A stretch of 64,000 nt of DNA, from assembly GCA_043228905.1 (NCBI GenBank), contig JBHGNT010000016.1, positions 16,988,001-17,052,000 of the forward strand, read 5' to 3'. The notes beneath the pieces are model-generated. The model was not told where the DNA came from, searched no databases, and saw only the letters and a list, made by a program, of their open reading frames with translations. Position numbers and translations under genes: made by a program. The stretch comes from Azolla caroliniana. Taxonomy: Eukaryota > Plantae > Polypodiophyta. Positions 11,712 through 25,416 of this stretch are shown piece after piece. The stretch's first letter is position 1, and each line of letters opens with the position of its first letter.

Positions 11712-14700
11712 TTTTGCCCACTTTTGTAGTTGGATGTTACATTCCCCATCAAGATTCTAACTTTTATGCTTGTTTGGATAAAGATCAACCGTTTGCCAAT
11801 CTAGAAGATGATACTGCTTATTTCAAATCCAAAGGGGAAGTTATTGTCTTTGGTGACATGAATGCTCGTACAAGAAGTTTCCAACTTGATTCACAAGAAT
11901 CTTTCATGCCACATATCTCAAGGATGCAAGAGGATATGTAAATGTAGATCCGGACCAATTTGGGAAGTTACTCCTACAAATGTGTAATAGTATTGGATTG
12001 CTTATTGCAAATGGTATTTCCTTATGGCCAAACACTCATGGTTTTAGATGTAGAAAACACAACGGAAATAGTGTGATGGACTATGTGCTACTTTCCGATG
12101 GTATTTTGGATCGTATACATAAATTCTCACTTGGTGAATGGACACCGGAATCGGATCATAGGCCTTTATGTATTGATCTCAAATGTATGCATAGGTTTGA
12201 TTGTGAGAAGGCTATTGAAGATAATAAACAACCGCACTTGAGCATGAACCTTAAGCGAGCACCCGTGTATTCCAAGATGGTTGAGGATATGTTACAAATG
12301 ACAAAGATACAACATGGTGCCACACTAGAATGCAAATGGGAAGCTTTCAAGCAAGTCATTCTCTCCTGTACAAACAAATGTTTTTCGACCAACCGCACAT
12401 CTTGGAAATGCACCAAGAAACTTAGGAAAAAATGGTTTGATAAAGAATGTCGTGAAGCTCGAAAGTGCCTTATGGTTTTGGATGTAGTTAAGGATAAAGA
12501 CCAAAAGCATTTGCATGAGTATAAAAGGCTTCTTCAAAGAAAGAGAAGAATATGGGAAGTTACTCAACAATTTATCCAAACGCAAGAGAAAGCACATTCA
12601 TGTGCTAAATTTTGGGGAAATCTAAAGGGGAAACGTGTTGATAGTTATGGATACTTAACTCTTCACGACTTGTCTATGCATTGTAAGAATTTATATGAGT
12701 TATCTCTTGCCAGAAAGATGATGTGTTATGGTTCTCTTTCACATATGCCTCCCTTCTTTACAATTGAAGATATATGCATAGGACTTAAGAAATTGGCCTC
12801 TCGAAAGGCAAGCGATCTTCAATGTATAAAGGCTGAAATGCTCAAATGGATGGGAAAGGAAGCACATATATGGATAAGCGATATGTTTAATGATGCATTG
12901 CAACACGGTATGCCGTACAATTGGACTACAAATTGTACCAAACCTTTACATAAAGGTGGAGATATAAATAATGTAAATAACTATAGAACCATCATGGTTG
13001 ACTCATTAATGGAAAAACTATTTGGATGTATAATGGAATCAAAGATAAGTATATGGGCTGAAAAAAGTGGTAAGAGAGCTTATGGACAAGCTGGCTTTCG
13101 GAAACACTATAGCACCATTGATCACCTTATCACCCTTCGAGTATTAATGGAGGAAAGTCGCCTTAGAGGTAAAGGTTTATATTGTTGCTTTGTAGACTTC
13201 AACAAAGCTTTTGATATGGTACCTCGTGAGCATCTTTGGAGGCGAATGGAAGAACTTGAGGTGCCAAGTGAATATATGCTTGCAATTTCCTGAATTTATG
13301 AGAAGGTTATATGTTGTGTGCGCATGAGGGATAAACTTTCAGATTTTTTCAAAAGCACTATTGGTGTTATGCAAGGATGCCCACTCTCACCAACACTATT
13401 TGGTCTATGCATTGATGAATTGGAAGAAATGGTTACCAAGTTTGCAAAGGAAGAATGTGTTGAAAAAGTTGCCATTGGGAATGTTGTGATTATGCTTTTG
13501 CTTTATGCAGATGATGTAGTGCTTTTTGCAAATACTTCAGGAGATGCACAAAAGCTTATGAAGGCATTGGAAAAAATTTGCATGCATACTAAATTAAGTG
13601 TCAGTAGCTCTAAAACAAAGATTATGCTTGTGAAGAGCCAAAAAAGAGATAAACCATGCATTATGTACAACAATGAGCCACTTGAATGTGTGGAAAGCTT
13701 CAAATATCTTGGCCTTGAAGTTCCTTCAAATCATAAATGGAATGAATGTGCTACACGCCACTTAGAGGCGGGTAAGCGAGCATACTATGCATTTGAGAAC
13801 ACATGCAATCTTGGAGATATTATGTGTTGGGTCCTCAAGAAATATCTTTTGGACATTTTGGTGACACCGGTTCTTCTCTATGGGGTGGAAGTATGGGGCG
13901 GTAGCATCCCTAAATCTATGTGGAAAGAGTTTGAAAATGTCCAAAAACATTTTCTTACAAAGTATCTACAAGTTAAGAAACAAACACCCTACACCCTCCT
14001 CCTCCTTGAGATGGGATCACTTCCCATTGAGATCATGGCCATGGAAAGGGTTGAATACATGCTTAAGGTTCAAAAAATTCCCTCACATCGACTTCCTAGT
14101 ATTGCGTGGGAAGCAAGCAAAAAGATCCAAAAGACGCATAAAAGCAAAATTTTGTGTTTCGGTTGGATGCAAGATATAGAAAAATGGTTTGGTAGATGGG
14201 ATGCGAGACACTTGCTTCATGATGCATCATTAGATTCCTTTGTAAATGAGGCCTTTTTGCAATGCCAATGTATCATGACATGGGACAAATGTGGAGCCTC
14301 GTGCTTCACGCATTATACTACACATGTTGCACCTAACTACAAAACCATATTCTTTGCGGAACGGGGAAATCGTACACATTGATACATGTTAGAGCCCATA
14401 CCGCTATCTGCCATTTGAATCATTGCTTCCATGCGACTAAGCTCACGTTCTCGTGCCTTTCGGCGCCGGATCGTTGCGTGAGTCGGGTGGGAACCACTGA
14501 GGTTTTGGACTAGGAGAAAGAAGAATATGAGATGAGGCTAGTAATGAATAGATTATTAGAAAGAGAGATAGAAATTTCGTGAATCCCACGAGTGTATTGT
14601 ATTCGATTAATCAATATTTAGATAAGAATATGTATTTAGATTGAAAGAAAGATATAAGAAACTTGTGAATCCCACAAGTATAGATTATATTATTTTCGTG

Positions 14701-15557
14701 AATCCCACGATTATATTAATCGGTTGGTGTTTTCGGAAATATATCCAATTTCCAAATATTTCACACACCTAATACATTGTGCTCCCCATCCTTATATAGT
14801 GATGGGAGAGACTAAGCATAACTACATGCTTTTCTCTAATATGTTCATGCACACTAAATGTGCATGTGATGCTTTTCTAATCCTTGCTTTTATTTGCTAA
14901 ATATAGTGCTCATGCACGCTAGATGTGCATGAGTCACTTTGTAGTTGCTTGCGTTTTTCTATAAAATATTCACGCACTCTAAAAATACATGATTTACCTT
15001 TTAATAAAGGTAGGCGCAAATAAAGCACTTATAGTTATTAAATCTATTTGTAGAACACTAAAGATAAGGTAGCATAATGGTAAAGTTGAGGTTTGGCTAC
15101 GTGGAGGTACAAGGTTTGAATCTTGCCCTATGCACGTGATAAATATCTTGATATTCTTATTTTATTTATTTATATGTAATTAAATCGGTTATATTATTTT
15201 TACTTTTTCACGTAGTGTACGAAATACACTACGACAACATGCATTGCGATGTGAAACAGGGCGTTAGGGCACAAGTGATGAGAGTGGTCGGCTATGCACA
15301 CTTTGCCCTAAACAAGTTCGCAAGTCTGAGTATCACACTTTGATACAATGCTCTGCCTTTGATCATATTCGACCATGCTTTCCACATCTCTTCAACCGAG
15401 CCCAATCTTTGCATGAATTCCTCTCACAACCACAATGTGCACTCTCGATTGCAACTCACTTTCACACGTATCACGTGAAATGTAATATTTTTGGTCTCAT
15501 AGTTCATATTTGACCTCCGAAGACGATAATATAATCTATCTATCTATCTATCTCTCT
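11712..15557 (+). mobile_element. 5'-truncated LINE (RTE/RTEX-like): APE end, RT, C-terminal Cys/His motif; degenerate
   Basis: GDMNART, SDHRP, QAGFRK, FVDFNKAFD, QGCPLSPTLF, LYADD, FKYLG, RLSSH..CETGR..CTLC..EYH; (ATCT)n tail; in-frame stops. Confidence 0.88.
14449..15236 (-). mobile_element. Solo LTR (TGTCG...CGACA group) inside the LINE
   Basis: Reverse complement of the LTR at 50591-51465. Splits the LINE RLSSH|ALRC motif. 4-bp TSD ACGT/ACAT. Confidence 0.88.
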
Positions 15558-15632
15558 AGAATCTAGATATACACTCAACCACTGTCTCCTCACACATGCA
15601 AAACAGGGCTTCTCTCTCTAGACCACACATGC

Positions 15633-15690
<58 letters not shown>

Positions 15691-16423
15691 TATGTACACC
15701 ATATACACCATATGTATATATCTATGTACCGCGTATGGATTTCAATCATACTTGGAGCCTTTTCACGTATGAGTATGATACGAATATTGGCGCTTGAGTA
15801 TGACACGAATGGGACGTATGGCTAGAACTATGACTAGGAGTCGTCTATATCATTACATAGAATAATTTGAACATTTGACCTTTTTGTCATTTGAGAGACC
15901 ATGACAAGTCCTTCAACTTTGCCATACACACCATTAAATGTTATGTTTGTGATATTTGTGGCTTTCGTGACTCAATTTATCCAAGTCTTTATCATGATAG
16001 TTGTATCAATATGATATTTAATCATTTCAATAACATTAGGAGTGAGCTACAACATTTTTTAGTGGAGTTTGATAGTTTCCACAAAAGAAACATCATTTGT
16101 TAAATTTAAGAAAAAAATAAATTGTGGTGTGCATGTGTTCCTTTGTGTGACCCCCTTTTTAGGATGCATGTACCTAAGCATACCCACCCTTTTAACACAC
16201 CCTTTTTAGCTAAGCCAACCCAAATGGGTACCTTTGTATCAACTATAAATTGAGTAAGAAGTAAGAAGCTAACTAGGTTGGTTTTGATCTCTTATGTGCA
16301 TTTCACATATTGGTGGAGATGCGAGGTACCAATCCCCCACGTCCAATCGTCCACCTCTTCCCCCTCACCTTAGGTTGCCGCGAACTTCTTGTTCCAGAAG
16401 TTTCTTTGGTCCCCCTCCCACAT

Positions 16424-16563
16424 GATAGCCCTCTTGTCCCCCACCTCAACCAAATCTAGGTGGTCCACAGTCCACAAGAGTGATTGATCTCTATCCATAT
16501 ATACCCCTCCTGTCCCCCACCTCAGCCAAGTCCAGGTGGCCCTCAGTCCACAAGAGCGATTCA
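16424..16563 (+). repeat. ~80-bp tandem repeat unit (TGTCCCCCACCTCAGCCAAGTCCAGGTGGCCCTCAGTCCAC); also 32509-32585 and 36001-36270
   Basis: Direct comparison. The array is split by the TIR element and resumes in register at 36001. Confidence 0.85.
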
Positions 16564-16943
16564 AACACGTTCGCATTCACAAGTGGAAGGATCGCGCATT
16601 TCCCTTGTAGAATATTCTTGAAAATATCCAAATATACCCTCTCTACAAAAATTGGATGCACTAGTATCACATGTTCCACAACTTGATTAGAATTTGCAAA
16701 TACAAAAATACATGATAGGTCTACGAGTGGAGATCATTAGAAATTCAAATAAGTTTGGATGTGTTGATAAGTTAATGTAGGCATAATAAAGTTCAACAAT
16801 CGCTCAATATCTCACTAATGTGCGACATGGCAAACACTAAGTTAAAGACTTATATTAATTTGGTAAGTTTTACAAAAACATGAGGTGTACTTGTAACCAT
16901 ACTAATAAAATGAGTTATAATTTATACTTCGACCCATACTCGC

Positions 16944-17220
16944 ATGTATATAATTGTGGACAATGTAGGATAGTGAACTTTAGGATAATGTGATTGGAAT
17001 GACAAACTTATTAAGGTATTTAATACTTGTATTTAAAGTTGATCTAATCTATTCCTCAGTTTGTTCGCATGGGATCAAACCGTATGTATATAATTGTGGA
17101 CAATGTAAGACAGTGAACTTTAGGATAGTGTGATGGAAATAACAAACCTATTAAGGCTTTCAATACTTGTATTTAAAATTGATCTAATCTATTCCTCAGG
17201 TGATTCACACGGGATCAAAC
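16944..17220. repeat. Two-copy 140-bp tandem repeat
   Basis: ATGTATATAATTGTGGACAATG...GGGATCAAAC at 16944-17080 and 17084-17220. Confidence 0.9.
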
Positions 17221-17699
17221 TCCAAACGATAATGCTAGTGGAACTACAAGCGTATAAAAACATGTGGATAACGCTAGTGGAACCATTATCAACACACTAC
17301 ACAATCTAAGCAGCAATAGAAGAGAAACATAATAGTTTTAACAATAGAAGACAAAGATCCATAATATATGGACTAGTATATATTAGACACGGAATGACAA
17401 TCTCGACAATTAATCGTAAATAACAACATGGACAATCATGGCAACAATTCTACGAGCATGTTATGTTAACGTAAAGTTTGACCAAAATCAGCCTTAATTT
17501 AAACTAATTCATGTTTCTCCATATTGGTAGTCAGCAATGCACGCGGTGAAACCAATGTCATAAGTCAACAAACCAAGTATATAGAAATAAAATTGAAACA
17601 TATAGAAGATTATAAAGAATGGAATACACCAAGTAGAACCCAAAATTTGTATTTGTAATGTGAAATCCAAACAATACATTTCGTGAACAAAAGAGTCTA

Positions 17700-18550
17700 T
17701 TACATAGCAATTAAATCGTCAATGTCATTTTCTTCTTCATCTCTTATAGAAGTCTCTTCGGCTATATGTGCATTGTCTTCCCTTGTTAGCCGAGCCAACG
17801 AAATATCTTCTATAAGCTCATCATCAAGCTCTATTAGCTCCCCTGCGTCCCCAGCTATCGAAGGAATAAGCTCTTGTGAAGCAAGTTGAAACCTTTCGGT
17901 ATCAACGAGGTTCTTTGCACCGACCTCATCGTCCTAGTCTGGGCACTCCCACAAAGCCTTAATCCTCATGTTTATAAATATAACTTGCTCCTCATCCTTC
18001 TCCAATGCAACTGTGTTTCTGAAGAGCTTCAATACACATGCAGACGTTGTCCTTGTGAAGAAAGCAACAAGACGAATTAGTTTTCAAACAAAAAAGAATC
18101 AGTACTGGTTATCTCAAGATCGTTAACCTAGTTCGAGGAATACCTATGCCAGAAAAGAGGTCTAATATCCAATCTCCTTCTACAGAAAACATCTCAATCA
18201 AGCGCATCATAAGTCGTTAAGGTTTTTGGTATGGGTTGACAAGTCCTTGTTTTATTGTGGTGACATGTCGCAATTTCCGTGTCACTGTTGGATATACCAG
18301 CAGATTTGAACCTCCGACTTCATTAGAATGCTCCTTGATTCTATGTTTCTTTATTTCATCGAAGTAGCCAACCGTAATGTATTCAATGGCATTTACGAAC
18401 CGAAAGGTTGGCCCTCTATTGACATTGGTTTTTATCCTATAACAAATATTGCATCAAGTTAAGAATAGATTGAACAATCTTAAGAAAGGCAATATAGTAA
18501 ATGACACTTAAAATAATCCTTACCATGCAAGGTTCTCGATGTGGCTTTCC
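17700..18550 (-). pseudogene. Spliced N4-cytosine/N6-adenine DNA methyltransferase (N6_N4_Mtase, beta class), C-terminal part
   Basis: Exons ~18550-18524, 18436-18144 and 18052-17700 translate to IENLAWIKTN..RFVNAIEYITVG...NPYQKP*RLMMRLIEMFSVEGDWILDLFSGIGTTSACVLKLFRNTVALEKDEEQVIFINMRI plus an acidic tail. Two in-frame stops and one decayed acceptor. Confidence 0.85.
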
Positions 18551-19650
18551 CTTGACTTCTGATAGAAGTTTCTGGTCAGCTAACAGGTGCATTACCTTCT
18601 CACTCATGTGGCCTAGCCTCTTATGCCATATCTCACTTGTCGAGTCGGCTGCCACATTTACTTCTGATTTGCACAGTCGGGCATGCATCATGTACAATGT
18701 GCCTTCTTTCTATGCTCGGGCCACTATAATATTTCCTCGGCAAAACTTCCACTTGCCATTATGAAAGCTACCACTATAGCCTTCGTCGTCAAGTCTTCCA
18801 ATCGATATCAGATTCAATCTAATATCGGCGACGTGGTCAAGCGGACACTTCCGACTCCAGTTATCTTGCACTCTCCACTATCACCCATCTTTACATAACC
18901 ATGATCCCCAGCTATGTAAGTCGAGAAATACTCTCTCGACGGAGTAATATGGAAAGATTCCCCGGAGTCGATCACCCAAGTGCATTCTTCACTCGCAAAA
19001 TTTGCACTTGTCTGCTCCCAAATGAACAGAAGTTCTTCTATGCTCGTAGAAATGGCCGAAGTGTTCTTCTCATCAGGAATCTTCCTGGGTTCAACATTGT
19101 TTCCGACACTCTTGTCTCTTCTCATGTGTTGGCAATCCTTTTGGAAGTGTCCAGGTTTTCCACAATAAAAGCACATTGGCTTACCTCTGGACTTCGATCA
19201 GGCGTGGGATTTGTCCGTTCATTGCAGACTTCTTCGCCGGTCTCTTTCTTTGTCCACATGTTGAGTCAGATTTGACTCCGTTTGGGACAAGACTCCTTTG
19301 TCTTTACTCCTTGCCTCCTCATTTAGGATGCTTGTCTTCACCGTCTATAAAGACAAGTTCTCTTCTTGACAAGAGGTGCTAAGAGTAACCACCAGGTTCT
19401 CCCAACTATCCGCAACATACACATCAACAGGATGGCCTGCATTGCGTCATCAAGGGGAAACTTGGTCAAACCAAGTTGATTTACATACCCCATAAATGTG
19501 CTGATGTGTCCGACGATGCTCTCACCGTCTCTGTATTTCAGCCGTACGATTTTTTTCATCAGTGAGGTTTTATTTAGCGCGTTCTTCGTCTCATACAAAC
19601 CTGACAGCTTCTACCACATCTTGTGGGCATTTGTGTCATTCGCCACATGC
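18551..19650 (-). mobile_element. Ty1/copia (Tnt1/Tork-like) gag-protease-preintegrase fragment, copy B
   Basis: CFYCGKPGHFQKDC, WVIDSG, WHKRLGHMSEK. Paralogous to 22390-23265. Confidence 0.85.
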
Positions 19651-20235
19651 TGGTTTACACCAATCAAAAGTATATAAAGAATTTATGCACAAGGATTCTC
19701 CTATTAAGCAAACAGATTTCTTTCTTACAGTGACTTCAAGTGGAACAGTTGGGTCGATTCGATGCTGATAGTAGAGGTCAATGCAATCTACATCCAGCCT
19801 TAGTAGGCTTGCCTCACAAGCCGAGCGCACATATGCGGGATCTCCTCGCACCAGGAACTTTCCATAATCCTCAATGATGGCCCCAAACTTGGTTGCAAGC
19901 TGAACCTTGTGCCTTCTTCCTTTCAAAGCCTATTACAATAACAAACGGATAACTTCCAAAACAGCCAAACCGTGGATATGGTAATGAAGAGACAGATATA
20001 AGAGCAAGCAACTCACCTTGCCTAGAAGGATCTCATTAAGGAAGGGTCAATATACATCAGATGTGTCGAGGAATGTGATGCCAGAGTCGATGGCATGGTG
20101 GATAATTTCAATCATCTCATGCTCACGCTTGGGAGGTCCGTAGAAGGTGGATATGCACATGCAGCCCAACCCTTGTTCCGATACCTCCAGACCTTGGGAA
20201 CCAAGCTTCACTATGCCCACCTCCACATTGGCCAT
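19650..20235 (-). pseudogene. Truncated aldo-keto reductase duplicate (exons 20235-20017 and 19929-19729)
   Basis: Near-identical to the first two exons of the intact gene. GGA>TGA stop after DVY; broken in intron 2. Confidence 0.92.
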
Positions 20236-22383
20236 AGTTGCTGCTATAGTAACCGATTACTCTTTCAATCCTCCTATTTTGTATGGAACAATCGATCCCA
20301 ACACACAAATATGTATAATCCAATGCCGCCTCTGAATTAAATTTAGGTAGTCAAAGAGTGATAAGCAAGTATTTAGTTTGTGTAGGCTTCTTGACCCCCC
20401 CAATACTTGGAACACAAGCAAACACAATTTTGTTTGACTAAGAGGAAAAGAGAACCGCGAAACAAAGTCTGAAATTCATGCTCAAACAAAATATGTCCAT
20501 CTTGGAATGTTGTTTCTGTTACCCTTTCTCATCAATTTTTGTGACTTTTTTAGCATCCAAACCCATGCAATACTTCCGTAGGATTTTTTGATCAAGAAGA
20601 AGAAAGTTGTATCGAACTATGTTTTATGCATTCTTGTTTACGTTGTCGTGATATGGTACGCCGAGTGTGGGAAAAGCGGGTGTACAAGTGCTAAAAAAGG
20701 CATGCAAGCGTGGAAGAATAAGGGGACAAAGAGGAGTGGGCGAGTGGATAAACAAGAGGGGGTAATGTGAGTGTGGAGGATCGAACAAGTAGGAGAGGGA
20801 ATAAAGTGAAAAGAAAGGAGGAGAGAAGGGGACAAACTCCACATTCAGATGTATGAAATTGAATACATGATAAGCAATAGTGAATTCCTTAGGGGTTAGA
20901 TCCATTCACTCAATTCATCGTTGCAATTTAAGGTAGTGTATTCTTTTTCCTCCTTTGGAAAGGAGGAAATAAGAGCATTAATTGAATGTTTTTTCCTATG
21001 AAAGGAGGAGGGCCTCAATTTGCTCTCTTGGCGTTTTTGGGGTTTCTTCTTCTCTTTCCACTTCTCTATTTGGGGGTTGCTTGTGTCGGTTCATGTCTTC
21101 TCGTGAGATCGTGGTTCGTTGGGTTCAATACATCTGTGGTGTGGTCGTGTGTTTGAGGTCTGGTGCTGGTCAGCCCGAGTGGTCATAGCTCAACATGTAA
21201 GTGTTGGTGGTTTGAATGTTCAAGTTCTCATCTCATTCATGGTGTTCATGCGGTCGGTGCTTGCATGTTCGAGAGCTCGTGTTCATCGTGCTCTTGTCTT
21301 TACCGGTTGTCTGGCTCGTGGGTTCATAGTGTTCATGGATCAAGTGATTGTGTGCCCGCCATTCGTGCATAGCGTGCTGATTGTCTGTGTGCTCATGAGC
21401 TTGCCGGTTTTTGCACGTCACATTCGGGTTCGGGTTCTTTGGTTCGTTGCTTGGCGCAGAAGGGCGAAGTAGGGTTTCATTTTCATCTTCACCTTCTTCT
21501 TCTCTCCTTCTCCTCTTTTTGGGTGGAATTGCTAAATTTCGGGGTTGTAACTAACTCTCGTAATTAGTTATTTGAATTTTGTGTCAAAAAGTTATCGTGA
21601 AACTCTTTGTGAATCCCAAACAACTTGTGTGAATAGTTCTGCATTAAACAAATAGATGGATGAAACCTATCATGTTTGTTTGTGCAAGTAAACCCCACGT
21701 TTCAAGGATTGGGATGAGGCTTGCGGTTGAAGGGTTAATGAAATGAAGGTCGAAAAGCAAAGGCTCAATTACCAAGGAAAGGTAAAACACTCGATGAGTG
21801 GCAGCAGTGGATGAGCTCTTGAGTTTGACAAGTGCCGAAGAGTTTGTGAGGGTTCTCTCTAACTTCAAGCTCCCTACTCCAAGACCCCCATGGTCCCGCC
21901 CAAATAGAACGCATGTGAAACTCTGCGACATAAATTTGGTGAACCTAACGTGAAAGAGCGGCAAGGGAGATCCATGATGCAAAGAGAAGAACTCGTGAAA
22001 TCAATGTCGGCATTTGTGGACCGCTTAATAAATGCACGAGAAAGCATGGGCGGCCTAGAGTGAACCATAGAGTTTGTTGCTAGCATATCGATTCGATTCA
22101 ACGAAAAGGATGTCTCAAGCTACTTGGAGGCTTACAAAGCCGGAATGATGATGAGAGACATCCTAAAAGCAAGGCAACTAACCAACTTTGCTAGACTGGT
22201 GCTACCAAGTATCCACGTGGAGGTACTCGAGATGCAAGAGGATAGCTGTGATTGGGAGGAATTTGAAGGGAGGCTTCTGGAGAGCTATGTCCTCAATGAC
22301 TCCTTACAAATGTCAAAGTAGAACGTTATGGATTGGGTCGAGCTTCACGTCAAGGGAAGAAACACAACCATGCTTCTGCAAGA
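20236..22383. repeat. Duplicate of the AKR upstream region (paralogous to 39607-41758), including a degenerate gypsy gag-like relic
   Basis: Colinear similarity throughout; FNEKDVSSYLEAYKA...RDI gag-like peptide. Confidence 0.85.
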
Positions 22384-22389
22384 TTGTAT

Positions 22390-24133
22390 CCTTCGTCATC
22401 AGGTCTTCCAGTCGATATCAGATTCAATCTAATATCGGCGACATCGTCAAGAGGAAACTTCCGACTCCAGTTATCTTGCACTCTCCACTATCACCCATCT
22501 TTGCATAACCATGATCCTCGACTATGTAAGTCGAGAAATACTCTCTCAACGGAGTAATATGGAAGGATGCGCCAGAGTTGATCACCCAAGTGCATTCTTC
22601 ACTCGCAAGATTTGCACTTGTCTACTCACAAATTAACAGGAGTTCTTCCTTGCTCATAGCAATGGCCGAAGTGTTCTTCTCATTAGGAATCTTCCTGGGT
22701 TCGACATTGTTTCTAACACTCTTGTCTCTTCTCATGTGTCGGCAGTCCTTCTGGAAGTGTCCAGGTTTTCCACACTAAAAGCACACTAGCTTACCTCTGG
22801 ACTTCAATCTGGCGTGGGATTTGTCCATTCGTTGCAGACTTCTTCTTCGCCGGTCCCTGCCTCTGTCCATATGTTGAGTCATATTTGACTCCGTTTGGGA
22901 CAGGACTCCTTTGTCTTTCCTCCTTGCCTCCTCATTTAGGATGCTTGTCTTCACCATCTGTAAAGACAAGTTCTTGTCTTGACAAGAGGTGCTAAGAGTA
23001 ACCACCAGCTTCTCCTAGCTATCCGGCAACGCACACATCAACAGGATGGCCTGCATTGTGTCATCAAGGGGAAACTTGGTCGCAGCAAGTTGATTTACAT
23101 ACCTCATAAATATGTTGATGTGTCTGACGATGCTCTCACCGTCTCTGTATTTCAGCCATACGATTTTTCTCATCAGTGAGGTTTTATTTAGAGCGTTCTT
23201 CCTCTCATACAGACCCGACAGATTCTGCCAGATCTCGTGGGTATTTGTGTCGTTCGCCACATGTTGAAAGATACTTACATCGACTCTTTGTCGGATAGTG
23301 GCCACCGCCTTTCTATTCAGAAGCTTCCAGTCTGACTCCAATACCCCCCTGGGTATTTCTGCTCTGTCAACTAGCTCGTACAGATCTTCAACTATGAGAA
23401 GGTCTTCCATCTTGATCTTCCAGTCTGCATAGTTCTGTGAGTTGAGAACTATCATACCTGGGAAGCCGCTCACACCTCCTTCCATGCTTGCACCTCAAAG
23501 CTCTGATACCAGTTTGTAGAAAAATCGTTGTGGAATTTAAATCACAATTAATAGACAATGCTGAAATACGAATCACAGAAAGACAAGATAGACAACTGTG
23601 CACAGAGATTTACATGGAAAGCCTAAAACGAGAGAAAACCACGAGAATAGATCTTCACTATGGATAGTGGATATACAACACTGAGAGGGTTACAACACTC
23701 TGTCGAGTGTATCAGCCACGTACAGCTCTTCGTGTCTGCTATTACTCACACAACTATGGCACGACACACACTTCTCTCTATCTCACACTCACTACACAGT
23801 TATGTTCTCTTCTATTCTACATCTTAAAGTTTGCCCTAGTTGCATATATACTTGCACAACTTTCTGGTTATTTACATACCTAGCCCTCATGGGGCGCATA
23901 TTGAGACTATTTACAAGTATAGTCTCCTGAGTTAGCTATATATACACGATTCTGGTTTCGGCCTCGGCCGAGTCTGTCATCAACCGGGCTCCTCTCTCTC
24001 CCCATCCAGAGTGACCTGTTTCCTAACATCATCATTATTATTACCATAATAATAATAACAGTCGAATCACTATTTTCAACCCTTCGACAGTCGGCTTTCC
24101 GAACAGTCGGCTCTTCCTCTCACTTGAGGGACA
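22390..24133 (-). mobile_element. Ty1/copia (Tnt1/Tork-like) 5' LTR 23515-24133, Met PBS and gag-protease, copy A
   Basis: TGGTATCAGAGC on the minus strand; MIVLNSQNYADWKIKMEDLL gag start; zinc knuckle; protease motif. Confidence 0.88.
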
Positions 24134-25065
24134 TATTCCCATGGTTGTATCTCTATGATTGGAAAATCAAAGTTGCGAGAATTAAGGCGGTACTATTTTT
24201 CGATGACTAGTGATGAGCAAGACACTTACCTCGGGTCACATATGCAACTAGTGTCTGACAAATGTATGGGGATCAAAATATCATTCGAGTATTATATCTT
24301 CCATGCGCAATAGATATGTAGAGTAACCTTCAAAATTGCGTTATGTGTTAGTAACATGCAGCTACATAGAGTACAACAACGTCTACTTACCAGGGATTAG
24401 ATGCTCAATTGTAAAAAGGTTCCATGTATGAAAGGTGCAATTGGAAGAGATGCTATTGGTTGGATGAAAAGTTACTTTCAGTTAAATTGTGAAGTAATGC
24501 CCACTACAGGTAGGATGCACCTCTCTGATAATTACACACGTCGGGAAGTTTATGATGTCTATCGATCAGATATGGTGGGCTCACGTAATAAATCTGTCAC
24601 ATATAGCCAATTCACAAGTTTATGGAGAGCGCAGTTTTTGAATGTTATCATTCCGCGTAAAGTATGCATGGGGTATTGCTCCATTTCTGCAAATCTCAAA
24701 AGTTTGGCTAAAGGTGCAAAGACATCAATGGAAAAGGATATGAGTCAGAAGTTACTACAGGAGCATCGTGAGGCACAATCGTTAGAACGAAAGAAGGCGA
24801 TGCATCATAGAGAAAAGTGTTTGAAGAGGACCGAACAATACATGTGCTTAATGATAGATGGCATGGACCAGAAAAAGACGTGCTTGCCGCATATGCAGAG
24901 TGCCTTGTTCAAATGCACTTGGTGGGATGCTTGGCTTATAATAGGTCTGTTGGACCTCACATCTTCATTACATACCTCAATGTTCACAATGACCCTAACC
25001 TAACAGTTACAGTGATTCACCGAATTTTAATGTCTTGGGGCCAACCGTTCCCCCCTATTCTATAC
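24134..25065 (+). pseudogene. DUF7869/Sola1-like transposase, N-terminal/core part
   Basis: Reading continues to CLMIDGMDQKKTCLP...HNDPNLTVTVI...PPILY, then is interrupted by the copia. Stops and a frameshift present. Confidence 0.75.
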
Positions 25066-25382
25066 CGTTGAGAATCAAGCTCAACTTGGTCTAGTGTGTG
25101 AACTCACCTTGAGAGTGAATAGACACTCCAACGGTCAAGAGTCACCATTATGTCACCTCTTTGTATTCTAGCATTTAGTATGAGTCATATAATCATATTC
25201 TATGACACATAACTTATGAGCTTTCACATTCCCCATGCTCCATGAGTCTTGTAGTTAATGAAGAGAGAGGGTGACTATATAAAGCACCCTCCTCCCACCT
25301 TGTATTGTGTAGAGTCTTTCTCCTTTGTTAATATACTTTTACCTTGCGTATTCTCTTTGTCTTATTCCTTGTCTCTCTCACT

Positions 25383-25416
<34 letters not shown>

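Larger units (their letters stand above)
11407..15832. mobile_element. Non-autonomous hAT-type element (MITE-like) hosting a LINE
   Basis: TIR CATAGTTC/GAACTATG; perfect 8-bp TSD ACTAGGAG (11399-11406, 15833-15840); subterminal GTATGA(T/C)AC motifs. Confidence 0.8.

Noticed and set aside
17683-18080. Plus-strand short ORFs
   Set aside because: Antisense shadows of the minus-strand methyltransferase exon.
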